Part shown: positions 52,436 through 63,134 of the stretch, piece by piece | Position numbering within the stretch: position 1 is the stretch's first letter | Layout: each line of letters opens with the position of its first letter | DNA from: a virus | Length of the DNA: 64,000 nucleotides | Reading direction: 5' to 3' (one strand) | Virus record (IMG/VR): IMGVR_UViG_3300020179_001470 | Location: 8,947 to 72,946 of that record | The notes under the pieces: generated by a model | What the model was told of the DNA's origin: nothing | Database searches by the model: none | What the model saw: the letters and a program-made list of their open reading frames with translations, nothing else | Translations under genes and position numbers: made by a program

Positions 52436-53188
52436 TTAGAAACGAAGATTTAACTTATCCCCTGTTTTACGTTTGTAGTTATAGATATCCTCAATCATCT
52501 CCGCGTATGACTTTTTATCGCCACACATAAAGATTGAACTTGGACGAAGTTTTACCTTGTGAAGAAACTCCTGAAATTTAAAATCGGTTTTTTTCTCCAT
52601 AATTGTAAGAATGGTACGAACAAATACTGATTTGTTGTAACCTTTTTCAAAGTAGGGTTTTAATTGAAGTAGGTTATTCGCCCACTCTTTAGCGGTGGTC
52701 ATATCCCCTACAATAAATTTTCCGTCTGCAAAATCTTGTTTATCACAATGACGAGTACCCGAATTTTGAAGTAACATAATTCTTTCGGTAAGGGAGAACA
52801 TTGGAAACTCTTTTGAAAATTCCTCCAATGTTTTGTAGGATTTGTTTCCTTGTTCAGAGAAACCATGAATGTAATCTTTCTTACCCCACTCTTTCATGTT
52901 TTGATTGAACTTACGTGCGGCATCAAAGATACCTTTCGTGGTGTTAGGAATTGAGTTGTCTACAATAAAGTAGATACCTTTTCCGGCTTCTTTTGCTGCG
53001 GTTAGTCGGTGTTGTCCGTCTACAACCACGTACTGCGAATTAACAATGATTGGAACGAGTTTCAACCCGTCTTTCTTCATTGAATCTGTAATACGCTTGA
53101 CGCGTGGAGTGTCTACCTCACGATTTACATTGTGAAGTTTGAACATACCCAAATTTTGGGTAAATTTTACTTGAACATTTTTTGTCAT
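52436..53188 (-). CDS. ParB-like N-terminal domain protein
   Basis: NR..., PIIVN, VVDGQHRL. Confidence 0.75.
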   Translation of the reverse strand: MTKNVQVKFTQNLGMFKLHNVNREVDTPRVKRITDSMKKDGLKLVPIIVNSQYVVVDGQHRLTAAKEAGKGIYFIVDNSIPNTTKGIFDAARKFNQNMKEWGKKDYIHGFSEQGNKSYKTLEEFSKEFPMFSLTERIMLLQNSGTRHCDKQDFADGKFIVGDMTTAKEWANNLLQLKPYFEKGYNKSVFVRTILTIMEKKTDFKFQEFLHKVKLRPSSIFMCGDKKSYAEMIEDIYNYKRKTGDKLNLRF

Positions 53189-53552
53189 TTCGTTTCTAAT
53201 TTAAGTTTATGAATTAATGTTGGGTACAAAGGTATAATGGTTTTTCTTTTTTTCCAAATTTTATTTCATTTTTTTTAAAAAAAGTTTTCCACAAACATTT
53301 TTTTGACTTTATGTATGACAAACATACCGAAGATTTTTATGATATTATCAAAAATACTAGTGTTTATTTTGCCAAACAAATTCGCCCAGCGGACCGACTG
53401 GACGATTTAATTTATTGATTTTCAGTGGTTTATAAATAAAAAAAGGGATTCCAAAGAACCCCTTTAGTGTGTCAAACCAAACACAAAATTACAACTATGA
53501 AATGTAATCTGAATAAAACATAAACATCTTATTTCATAATGTCAAGTGTTTT

Positions 53553-53804
53553 TTAGATTACAGGTAATACATCAAGTTCTTTACCTTTTTCTTGGTAGAA
53601 CAAACTTCCACCATCATTTCCCTCATCGTCCATAGAAGGAATACATAGTGTTCCATTGTCCAACTCAAAACAAATAGGTCTCTTGTACCAACCCATAAGT
53701 TCCATTTCCTCATCGGTAAGATAACGAACTGATTTAATAACTCGTCCTTTTAGGACTTTCTCACTTTGGTTTACCCAATGGGTAGTTAATTCTTGATTTG
53801 TCAT
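53553..53804 (-). CDS. Hypothetical protein
   Basis: PSMDDEGNDGG motif. Confidence 0.6.
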   Translation of the reverse strand: MTNQELTTHWVNQSEKVLKGRVIKSVRYLTDEEMELMGWYKRPICFELDNGTLCIPSMDDEGNDGGSLFYQEKGKELDVLPVI

Positions 53805-53954
53805 ACGAATGATTTTTTACAAAGGTATAAAGATTATTTAATTTTACAAGTTATTCTTGCCAATCAATATTCAACCTTTCACCTTCCACTGAGAAATTCG
53901 TTCTCATCCAAGTTGTTACCTTTTGGTCAAGGTAGAAATTAAACTTTTCCATAG

Positions 53955-54703
53955 TTACCAAGTTTTAGGGTATCTTTCCAAAACATCTTCAGGATAGAGA
54001 ACACCATCGCCATTAAGTAATACATCCTCCCACCAACGAATACCAATTCGTAAACGAGGTACGGCAAACTTTGGGATATCGTTTTCGTGGACTCTGAAAA
54101 AAACATCATTTCTTCCACCAGTATCTGGTTCACCAGGTGTAGGTAATGTTTCCACTTCTTCACAATACTTTACACGAACACTGAATTCTTCTTTCGCCCA
54201 CTTTTCGAAATCTTTAATGTTGGACTTACCGATGATAGTTGCGGGCCAAACACAAACTTGACTGAACTTTTTCATGTTACAAATAATTTAATTGACAATA
54301 ATCCTCAAGGTCTACTAATGGTATACGACCATATTTTACGGAAGAATAATACCCTTGAGTTTCGTATCTTTTCTTCCATTCTTCGAACGCCTTGGCGGCC
54401 GCTTTGTGCGACTTGTAGTAGGGTACATCCCTTTCGAGTGTGAACCCATCAGGGGATAGGATTTGAATTTTGTGTGTCATATGATTAACGATAAAGAGTT
54501 ACATAGTCACCAAAATACTTTTCAATCACGCCAATCAAATTCTCATAATCCCCACTCATCATCTCCTCTTGAATTTTCTTGGAGTCCAAACCGAGTTGTT
54601 TCGCCCATTTTGAGGCGAGACCAATAAGAACGAATGCGTTCCCATCAGGTCCTGTGAGGTCAATCTCGATACCCCCTTGTTTTTCATTAATTGATTTTAT
54701 CAT
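53955..54703 (-). CDS. Three small hypothetical genes (53955-54275, 54277-54480, 54485-54703)
   Basis: Tightly packed ORFs behind one TATATTTG promoter. Confidence 0.6.
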
Positions 54704-55039
54704 TGTCTTATCGTTTTATAATACAAATATAAATCAGTAATTAATATAATCCAAATATTTTTTTATTTTTCTTGCCAAACAAGTTATTGGATTTCAGGTC
54801 CCTGCAGCAGGAAACTAGTTAAACCTAGAAGCAATGGCTAGAAAAACCAGAAGCTGCAACCAGCGCAACCAGGTTCGATTTTGGTTGGCACACAGAAAGT
54901 ATTGATTTTATTGGGTTTACAGAATGCCAAACAAAATCACGAACAGCAGCGCAACCAGCAGCGCAACCAGCAGCAACTTTGGAGCAATAAAAAACCCCCA
55001 CCTTTTGAGTGAGGGTTTTAACCAATAAAAATGAAACAA

Positions 55040-57075
55040 CTAACTCTCTGCGACCAATAGTTTTCGGTATTCTTTTTCGGTCAAGTGTCTAACCGAACCA
55101 CTTTCACACTTTTTTTTCTTCTTAATAAGAACACAATCACCTTGCCGAACAATTTTCTCAATTCCACCTTCTTTAATGTCTGTTTGAATTGTCCACGCAA
55201 TTGCTTGGATAGGAGTAATCTTACTACCAAAGTCCTCACTACTACTCAACCATTTGTCTTTGTTGTTAGTACGATAAACACTTTGTGCGTCCACCCAAAT
55301 AAAATACTCTCTATCAGTTGAGGTGTCTTTACATTTTACAAAGTGAACATTCTCTGGTTTACGCCAACCAAATTCCGCACCTTCACCCCAATCATTTCCA
55401 TTTACTTGGTATAGTTCATAGGTGTCCTTAAACTTTTTTTCAATAAGTTCACCATTCTCACCAACCCAAAATGTTTCTTTTGAAATTGTTTCGGACTTAA
55501 TAAGTGTGGGGTTCACTTCTTTGTAAATGTTTTCCAAACCCAAACAACCTACGGCGATACGCCTCTGTTCAATGTTTTGAATTTCGGTTGCAATCTCTTT
55601 GAAAGTAATAGGAACAATATCTTCCCATATATCTTCCAAACCATTAAAGGGTGTATTACGATACTTTGTTTTTAATAGACGACAACCAATGTTGTAGTCA
55701 AAACGAGTGTTTTCAATTATGATTTTCATTTCTTTTACTTTTTAATTGTTTACATATCACTATCACTCAATACCAAAAATTGTCTTGTTAGTGAAACGAA
55801 TAATGTGTTATCTACAATTTTAGGTAATACATCACTATCCACTTCTTCTGTGTTGAATTGAAACCAATCCTCTTGTTCGCCGTCTGCGTTTTCAAATTCG
55901 TGGTTCTCAACAACATCAGTAATCTTTTCCAAAATGGTGTCGGAAATTTGTTCTTCCTCATTATTAAGAATACAATCACCTTTATAGTTAATTGAACTTC
56001 CGTCTTGACTGCCAACCAAATTGCGAACTTTGGTTCTGACAAACTCAACTTCTTTTTCTGTGAGTTCTATTCCAACTTCTTCCGTAAAACTCTCTGACCA
56101 TTCCGCCTGTGCGGATTTGTAATACGAGAAATCGGGTTCTTCGTTGTCCTCATCAAGTGTAATCTCAACACTTCCAAATTCACCAATGTAGTGTCCGTCA
56201 GAGTTCACATAAAACTCTACCCTACGGAAAACTTCATCATCAAAGAAACTATCAAGTTCACCACTCTCAACTTCTTTGTTTTCGGAATTGTAAAAATTAA
56301 AGTGATAATCATTCATACTATCACCACCACAACTAAATTCCATAGTTGCGCTTGTAATACCTAACTCTTTCCAGAGTGCGATTGCTTCATTAGTTTGCAT
56401 ATTCGTGGATTTTTTGGTTTAATTGTTTAACTACTTCGTACGCTTCGGGGTTGTCTAAATCTTTTACCCCATTACACATCCAGGGTTGAACCTCTAAATG
56501 TTTAAGGTAATCTTGTGGGGTTGGAACAAACTTCATTCTAAAATCTTCTGCGATATGTAACATCGCAATATCAACAACATCAACTGACTTGCCGTCGCTA
56601 TTGGTAATGTTGTAACCGAAGATTTTTGGAATGATAGTGTATGCGAACCAAGTGTTGTGGGTGAGTAACCGAGAACTATTATTGTTCATTGTCGCTTTCG
56701 GACTATCAATAAGTTCGTGGATAGGTAAATAATCTTCTACCTTACCACCCCAACGCTTGACGCTGCTTTTTGAGTGAATTAGTGGGTTCGCCATAGTTAA
56801 TCCCAAATTTGAGTGATTGTACCTTCAAATGGATTGTACTCAACTTGTTTTCCCATAACCCAATCGCCTTTCTCAACTTTGAGTGGTTTGTGTTCCTTTG
56901 AGAAACTTCCATCTGGTTGTTCGTGTCTTAATACACTATCCTTTTTTACTTCAACCTCTGCGAACTCTGTTTGTGTTTCATCAATTACGAAATCACCATA
57001 CAGAGTGTGCTGGTTAACACCTTCACCCTTTAAGAGTGTGTGTTTTTTCTTCGGAGTTACTTTCTTGTTTTTCAT
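55040..57075 (-). CDS. Four-gene operon (56797-57075, 56390-56794 DUF6915-like, 55750-56400 DUF6878-like acidic, 55040-55729)
   Basis: Overlapping/abutting ORFs; MANPLIHSKSS..WGG and FSCGGDS motifs; RQGD in the last gene. Confidence 0.6.
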
Positions 57076-57521
57076 TTTTTAATTGTTTTATGGTACAAAT
57101 ATAAATCTATTTTTCGTATAAAAAAACTTTTTTTTTATTTTTTTCATACTTTTTTGCCAAACAAAAGTTGTCCTGTGCTGTGTCATCACCATCTTGGATA
57201 CTTATTATTATGATAGAAGGGATACTTTATACATTAGGAGTTGAGTTCGTGTTGTTTTTAATATGGTATTGTTACGAGTTAAGAAGACAATTAAAAGAAG
57301 ATTACAAAGAAAAACCATTTAGATTTTGGGAAGATATGTAACATCTCCTGATTGCGCGCAGCCCTCGATTTTGGTTGGCTCAAACCCAAAGTATTGATTT
57401 TATTGGTTTTAGGTAATGCCAAACAATTTTCACTGTTTGCGCGCAGCTCACGAGGAGTTTTGGTGCAATAAAAAACCCCACATTTCTGCGGGGTTCTTAT
57501 TAATTGAGTACCTAACCAATC

Positions 57522-58376
57522 TTAAACCAACTCAACCAATTCTTTGAAAATTTGACGTTCCCTTTGTCCATAGGTTCCAAACATCTTGTTTTCAGAGTTA
57601 TCACCTTTACTTAAGGAATGTGTGGTGTACTTAGTAACCCCACTGAACAACCCCCAAAGGTTATCACCTTTCTCTTTTATTTCACCGTTAAGGTCTACGT
57701 AGAAACGAGAAAGACGATTACGAGTCACGGTCGACACATCTTTTTCACTATTCAAATCAACATCTTTCATGATATTGAACAATGTACGTGTAACCCAATC
57801 CTCTTGTTTCTTGGTCATCTTCGTTTCAGAAAGTTTCTTAATGTCTTCGAACATCTCTTTTTCTTCCTCGAGTACTCCCTCCAAACCACGACAGATATCA
57901 TCGATTCTCATCTCCATGTTTTTGGTGTGACGAATTTTTGCATTCAAGTTACGGAACGCGGCGAAGAATGAATTCTGACAACTGATTGTAATATTACTTG
58001 GACCGAATGCCAAACTAGTTGACCCATCGAAGGAATTCACACCAGTTATATAACCCTCAACTCTGTCATTGCCCAATTTCAAATCATTTGATTTCAATTG
58101 AAGGTATACTTTCTCACCTCCACCAAAGTAACCACCTTTGTGAATTGGTAAACCAACCTGTTGAGATACCTTGTCTAGTAAATCAACCATCTGATGATTC
58201 TGATAAGGAAAGTAACCATCACCATGTACAGACAAAACAGTGTTGGTGTCCTCACGGATGATTGCTTTACTCTTAGGAACAATGATACCACTTTCTGTAG
58301 CGATACTTTCTTCTCTTACGGTCCAATTCAGGCCGACTTGGTCGAGAACTTGCTGTGTACGATTTTCTTGTGACAT
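57522..58376 (-). CDS. DUF932/DUF945-family phage/plasmid protein
   Basis: GLNWTV, Y.P.QN, NSFDGS, CQN, IRHT, NLWGLFSGVT.Y. Confidence 0.8.
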   Translation of the reverse strand: MSQENRTQQVLDQVGLNWTVREESIATESGIIVPKSKAIIREDTNTVLSVHGDGYFPYQNHQMVDLLDKVSQQVGLPIHKGGYFGGGEKVYLQLKSNDLKLGNDRVEGYITGVNSFDGSTSLAFGPSNITISCQNSFFAAFRNLNAKIRHTKNMEMRIDDICRGLEGVLEEEKEMFEDIKKLSETKMTKKQEDWVTRTLFNIMKDVDLNSEKDVSTVTRNRLSRFYVDLNGEIKEKGDNLWGLFSGVTKYTTHSLSKGDNSENKMFGTYGQRERQIFKELVELV

Positions 58377-58779
58377 ATGGATGTTTTTTAATTTGATACA
58401 AATGTAATACACTTTTTATTATAATCCAAATAAATCTTTATTTTTTTTTCTGACCCCAGAATTCACCGTCCCATCTCAGAAATTGGTTGGCATCTGTCAT
58501 ACACCCGCCAAACTAAATCTCACTCGAGACGCACCCGGCGACGAATTTTTTTAGCAAATAAAAAACCCCCACATTTCTGTGAGGGTTCTTAACCAAATAA
58601 AACTAATCTATGAACTACAAATCAAGTGTATTACACTTTAACCAAATATAGGAATTAAAACGAACATTGTCAATAGGAAATACCCAAGTATTACAACACC
58701 ACCCAAAATTCCATCCCAAAATTCCTTTCGGTCTTCTTGGTAAACTTCTTTGAAAGTTAAAAACATATCCTTAAACATA

Positions 58780-59139
58780 TCAATAATTGTTTTGGTTATC
58801 GTAGTTGTTTCGGTAAACCCTTTTACGAGGGTTGTTAGGTCGTTGACCAACCCAATGTCGGTTTTCAAAACCACCATTTTCGTAAAATGAGTTATTAATC
58901 ATATCATCAACTGATGGAACATCAAAGTCCATATCACAACTTCCGTTCATCATTTTCCATTGAATTTCATAAATGGTTTTAATATCTTCTTCAACATTTA
59001 TATAAGTACCATCTATGTATTCAATTTTTGTTACGATTTTGTTATCTCTTTTATCTAAAATGGTAAAAACGTTTTTAACATTTTTTAAGTTTACAAGAGT
59101 TGGAGTTCCTTTACCTTGATAGGTGAGTTTAATTAACAT
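58780..59139 (-). CDS. Hypothetical protein
   Basis: 119-aa ORF with own promoter. Confidence 0.6.
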   Translation of the reverse strand: MLIKLTYQGKGTPTLVNLKNVKNVFTILDKRDNKIVTKIEYIDGTYINVEEDIKTIYEIQWKMMNGSCDMDFDVPSVDDMINNSFYENGGFENRHWVGQRPNNPRKRVYRNNYDNQNNY

Positions 59140-59231
59140 TTCTTTATTTTTTAATTATTGAACAAATATACAAATGAATTTTAGAATATACAAACTATTG
59201 TGCCAAACTAATTCGACGAGTCACCATCTCC

Positions 59232-59483
59232 TCATATATTTCCCGAAAATACGAGAAAGTTATTGGGTGGTAAATAAGTGTCGAAAGTGTCAATGATTTC
59301 ATATTCATCTTCACCCTCAACTACACCAAGAGTCCTACCACTATCCCAATGGACATTGATAACACCATGACCAACGTGATAAATTGTTCCCATTGAACCT
59401 TTCTCAACGGGGTTAGGGTCGTTCTCCATTGAAACAAGACGAATTCTTTTTCCGATTAAATTTTCATTTATTTTCATATTCAT
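59232..59483 (-). CDS. DUF4314-like protein
   Basis: RIRLVSM.DP.PV..G..GT, VHWDSG.TL. Confidence 0.65.
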   Translation of the reverse strand: MNMKINENLIGKRIRLVSMENDPNPVEKGSMGTIYHVGHGVINVHWDSGRTLGVVEGEDEYEIIDTFDTYLPPNNFLVFSGNI

Positions 59484-59733
59484 ATAGTTTATTGATACAA
59501 ATATAAAACACTATTCCATATAAACAAAACTTTTTTTTATATTTTTTGCCAACCTATCAACACCAACCACTGTTTCACCCAGAGTCGGAAAAATTTTGGT
59601 TGGCGTACTACACCCCAATATGTAATACGACGCCAAACAAAATCCCCACCAGGCGTGAGCTGGACGAATTCTGATATAAAAAAAATCCCCGACTTTCGCC
59701 GAGGACTTTTCACCAATTAAAACAAAATAAAAC

Positions 59734-60141
59734 CTATTCGTATTCTTCTTCGTACAATTCACCTGTGAGGTACATGTCGTAAGTTCTAACTTCACTTATT
59801 AACACTTCGGTTACTTTGTCAATAAGATTGTGGGTAATTTTCTTTACACCATATTCTTCACGGACTTTCTTTTTTGAAACAAAGTACCACCCAACTTGTC
59901 CACTATCCCAAGGACAATGAAAGGGGGTTGTACTCATTGTAATTCCCGAGTGGTCGTACAAGTAAAGGGGTAAGATAACACAAACATCTTCTTCTTTGAT
60001 AATTGCGTTTTTCATTTCTTCCCAACTATTGTAGTTATTGTGGTTGTAGTCGTGGTTGTCTCCGAGGTTGTAACGTCCGTGAAAACACACCATTTTTCCG
60101 AGGTTGTCCCAACTCCGTGGGTTGTCTAAATCTTGATACAT
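59734..60141 (-). CDS. Hypothetical phage protein
   Basis: LPLYLYDHSGITM, WDSGQVG. Confidence 0.7.
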   Translation of the reverse strand: MYQDLDNPRSWDNLGKMVCFHGRYNLGDNHDYNHNNYNSWEEMKNAIIKEEDVCVILPLYLYDHSGITMSTTPFHCPWDSGQVGWYFVSKKKVREEYGVKKITHNLIDKVTEVLISEVRTYDMYLTGELYEEEYE

Positions 60142-60787
60142 ATTTTTTAATTTATTGGTTTATACAAATATATAACAATTTTATTCGTTTACCAAATCTT
60201 TTTTGCCAAACTTTATTCGTCTGTACACCTTCGCCGAAGGTTTTGACTTCTGTAACATTTTCCTACGGACTATTTGTGCGACGTGTCTCACACTTAATCC
60301 ATTAAGGGTTTCATTGTTCCCATTCTTTTTCATCTTCTATTTCTTTAAGTTTTTGTTCAAACTCATTTCTCATTTCATCAGTATCAAATACTGGTTGATT
60401 GGTTTCTTCATCAATATAATAGTAAACACCGACTTTGATTTCCATTGGAATTAATTTCTTACTCATACTAATTATGTATTACGATACAAATATAAAACAA
60501 ATTTCAATATACACAACATTTAAGTATATTTTTTTTTTATCTATTTTGCCACACTACCACGAAACAGATGACCACCTGTCGTCAAATCCAAAAAATTGTT
60601 TGGCTTAATTTGTTTAATGTTTTGACTAAAAGGTTAAACAAACTATATAACGTAATACGTGTTTATTAGGTGTCATACAATGCCAACCAAATTTTGGATA
60701 CAGCACGTGCTGTGCGTCGAAACTAAAACGCAATAAAAAAGGGTAACATTTCTGCTACCCTTTCCACCACAACCGATGTTAAACCAA

Positions 60788-61336
60788 TTAAATCGACAAG
60801 TAGAGGCGGTTGTGATTGTATAGTGCGACTGGGTTTTCTTCCGCAATCTTACCATATTCCTTTTTAATTCTTTCGTACATTTTATCTTGTGGTTCGTTAA
60901 TACACTCCGATAAAAGTTCGCAGAAACCATAATTACTTTCATCAACTACTTCTTGTTCAGTACCAGGTAAACCACAATAGTATGCCTCCCCAACTTCGGA
61001 AATGAACATACCCGAATAAAAACCTTTCAACTGATAGTAGTTTACGAATTTGTCCGCGTTACACCAAATAAAAACTGAATTGTCTTTTTCTTTTAATAGG
61101 TACACCATACTTTCATCTATGATAAACCCATTTGAACCAGGGAATTGTCCAACTGAAAACAACCCCATAGGTGCTCCGTGTCCACACATTATTACTCTGT
61201 CGTGGGCTTCGATTAGTTTTTTAACTTCCGATTTTGTTACTCCGCCCGTAATAATTGTTTTATTCGGTATCGGTTCGTACACAATATCTAAAAATTGTGT
61301 CGATTTGTCTTTTGGGTGAATTACAAGTGTTTTCAT
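60788..61336 (-). CDS. Hypothetical protein
   Basis: VIHPKD.ST.FL, MCGHG, IWCNAD, GMFISE. Confidence 0.65.
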   Translation of the reverse strand: MKTLVIHPKDKSTQFLDIVYEPIPNKTIITGGVTKSEVKKLIEAHDRVIMCGHGAPMGLFSVGQFPGSNGFIIDESMVYLLKEKDNSVFIWCNADKFVNYYQLKGFYSGMFISEVGEAYYCGLPGTEQEVVDESNYGFCELLSECINEPQDKMYERIKKEYGKIAEENPVALYNHNRLYLSI

Positions 61337-61618
61337 TACTTTGTCGATTTTAATATGATACAAAGATATAACGAGTTTTTTATTTTACCAAATTTATTTT
61401 TATTTTTCTTGCCAACTAACCAATAGGTAACTTACCATTCGGTAACACCTCAGGACCCGGCCGGGTACCCGGCGTCGTGGAAAATTGTTTGGCGTTCTTG
61501 CAAAGTGTAAAGTAAAAACCTACTAATCTGTAAAGTAAGCCAACCAAAATCCACCCTGAACCGTGACTCCATGTCTTCAGGTCATAAAAAACCCCCACCT
61601 TTCGGTGAGGGTTCGTTG

Positions 61619-61921
61619 TTAAAAAACTTCGGGTTCAAACTCAATTTGTGGGATACCCAATAGTTCGTAATCATCAAATTCCCCCCAATCGGGTTCATTG
61701 AAATAACGATAACGGATATCCATTGTTCCATCTTCGTTCCACCAAATACGGACTTGGGTTCGGTGTTCGGAAATGTGAAAACCTTCAATCTTTTCCAATT
61801 CATCAATTAGAGGTTGAACATCTGAATCGTCAATATCTACTTCTTCGTTATTAACGAGGAAATCATCAACACATTCACAATTACCATCGTAGTCGATAGA
61901 GAAATCAATGTACTTTTCCAT
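61619..61921 (-). CDS. Small highly acidic protein
   Basis: 100 aa, roughly a third D/E. Confidence 0.65.
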   Translation of the reverse strand: MEKYIDFSIDYDGNCECVDDFLVNNEEVDIDDSDVQPLIDELEKIEGFHISEHRTQVRIWWNEDGTMDIRYRYFNEPDWGEFDDYELLGIPQIEFEPEVF

Positions 61922-62171
61922 TTTGTTTTTTGTTTTAGTGGTTTAACAATACAAATATAAAACAATTCTGATTATAACCAAATTTTTTTGAAACTTTTTT
62001 TCACGGGACCTTCCCATCCTACAAATTGTTTGGCGTAGGTGTAATACAATGTACGATAGTGTCATACAACGCCAAACAAATTGTGGACTGCGCGGTCCGC
62101 TGAGAGCAATCTTCCGAGCAAAAAAAATCCCCGACTTTCGCCGAGGACTTTCCAACCTAACTAAACCAAAT

Positions 62172-62546
62172 CTAATATGAACCAAACCTTGCTTTTAACG
62201 CCACATCAAACGCGGACATAAACGATACTTGTTCTTTGACTTCTTCAAGTGAAAGTTTGGTATCACCATTTTCACCCGTTTCATCATCGTAACCCATTAT
62301 CAACCCATTACCCGATAAAGGTTGTGGGTAATTCTTCAACTTAAAAAACTTTGTGTCATCATTCATATACATCAAACCTTCTTCATCTACATACACATCA
62401 TTTTCATAATCATACCCAACAACTTCAAAGGTTGAACACTTTAAGTGTCCATAGATACTTGGTAACTGACTACCAGTTTCATCACGAACAACCTCAACTT
62501 CGGAAATTGTTTTGTTTTCTACGTCGATTAAAATTCCTCTTGACAT
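62172..62546 (-). CDS. DUF3846-like protein
   Basis: YVDEEGL, LSGNGLIMG. Confidence 0.65.
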   Translation of the reverse strand: MSRGILIDVENKTISEVEVVRDETGSQLPSIYGHLKCSTFEVVGYDYENDVYVDEEGLMYMNDDTKFFKLKNYPQPLSGNGLIMGYDDETGENGDTKLSLEEVKEQVSFMSAFDVALKARFGSY

Positions 62547-62672
62547 TTTTTTTGTTTTATTGGTTTAACTATACAAATATAACACAAATTTTTTTATATC
62601 CAAATCTTTTTTTGCCAATCAAATTTCAACACCATGTGGTGAATCCCCCGACTTCCATCGGGGGATTTTTTC

Positions 62673-62951
62673 TTAAACTAATTGTTCACTCCCAATCTCT
62701 TCTTCAACTCTTAAAACATCTTTAAAATGTTCGGTGTCAATTTGAACATTCCAAATTCCGTCTTCTTTCCAAATAGAACCGATTGGTGTTCCGTGTGTTT
62801 TTCTTGTTGCTCCTTGTGTAATGATTACAAATTGGTCTTCGGAAATCATAGGAGGTTCCATAAAAATCTTGTTGTCACCCACTTGTGAGTACATTGCATG
62901 TTTGGTATTCATCCATAGAATACTCAAATTTTCGTGTTTTGATTGAAACAT
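62673..62951 (-). CDS. Hypothetical protein
   Basis: 92-aa ORF with own promoter and terminator. Confidence 0.55.
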   Translation of the reverse strand: MFQSKHENLSILWMNTKHAMYSQVGDNKIFMEPPMISEDQFVIITQGATRKTHGTPIGSIWKEDGIWNVQIDTEHFKDVLRVEEEIGSEQLV

Positions 62952-63134
62952 AATTTATTGAATTTTATTTTTTTAACAATACAAAGATATAATGTGTTTT
63001 TTATTTTACCAAATTTATTTTTATTTTTTTTGAGGGACCGTCCGTATCTAAAAATTGGTTGGCTCAATAAGACCACTAAATAAAAACCCCCACCATTCGG
63101 TGAGGGTTCGCCAATCAAATTTTAACATCTTCCG

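Larger units (their letters stand above)
42711..63063. repeat. Dispersed GCCAA(A/C)C(A/T)AA motif family (~40 copies) in intergenic modules
   Basis: Forward copies e.g. 42711, 42768, 42815, 43276, 43321, 48196, 48946, 49445, 50607, 50738, 51692, 52327, 53371, 54774, 54926, 57156, 57418, 58507, 59202, 59632, 60682, 61539, 62071; reverse copies ending 50700, 51687, 54889, 57379, 58491, 59604, 60604, 61493, 62034, 63063. Confidence 0.9.

Noticed and set aside
59622-59631. TAATACGAC resembling a T7 promoter
   Set aside because: The match stops after 9 nt; it is better explained by the TGT(A/C)ATAC motif.
42711-63063. Motif as integron attC sites or a second CRISPR array
   Set aside because: GTTTGGC/GTTGGC does not fit GTTRRRY, no integrase is seen in the window, and spacing is irregular with genes in between.
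50539-63118. Short ORFs spanning intergenic modules (e.g. 50539-50727, 54825-55025, 59511-59795, 61416-61598, 61943-62185, 62924-63118)
   Set aside because: They run through terminators, motifs and promoters and share motif-derived peptides (FVW, FGW); treated as spurious.
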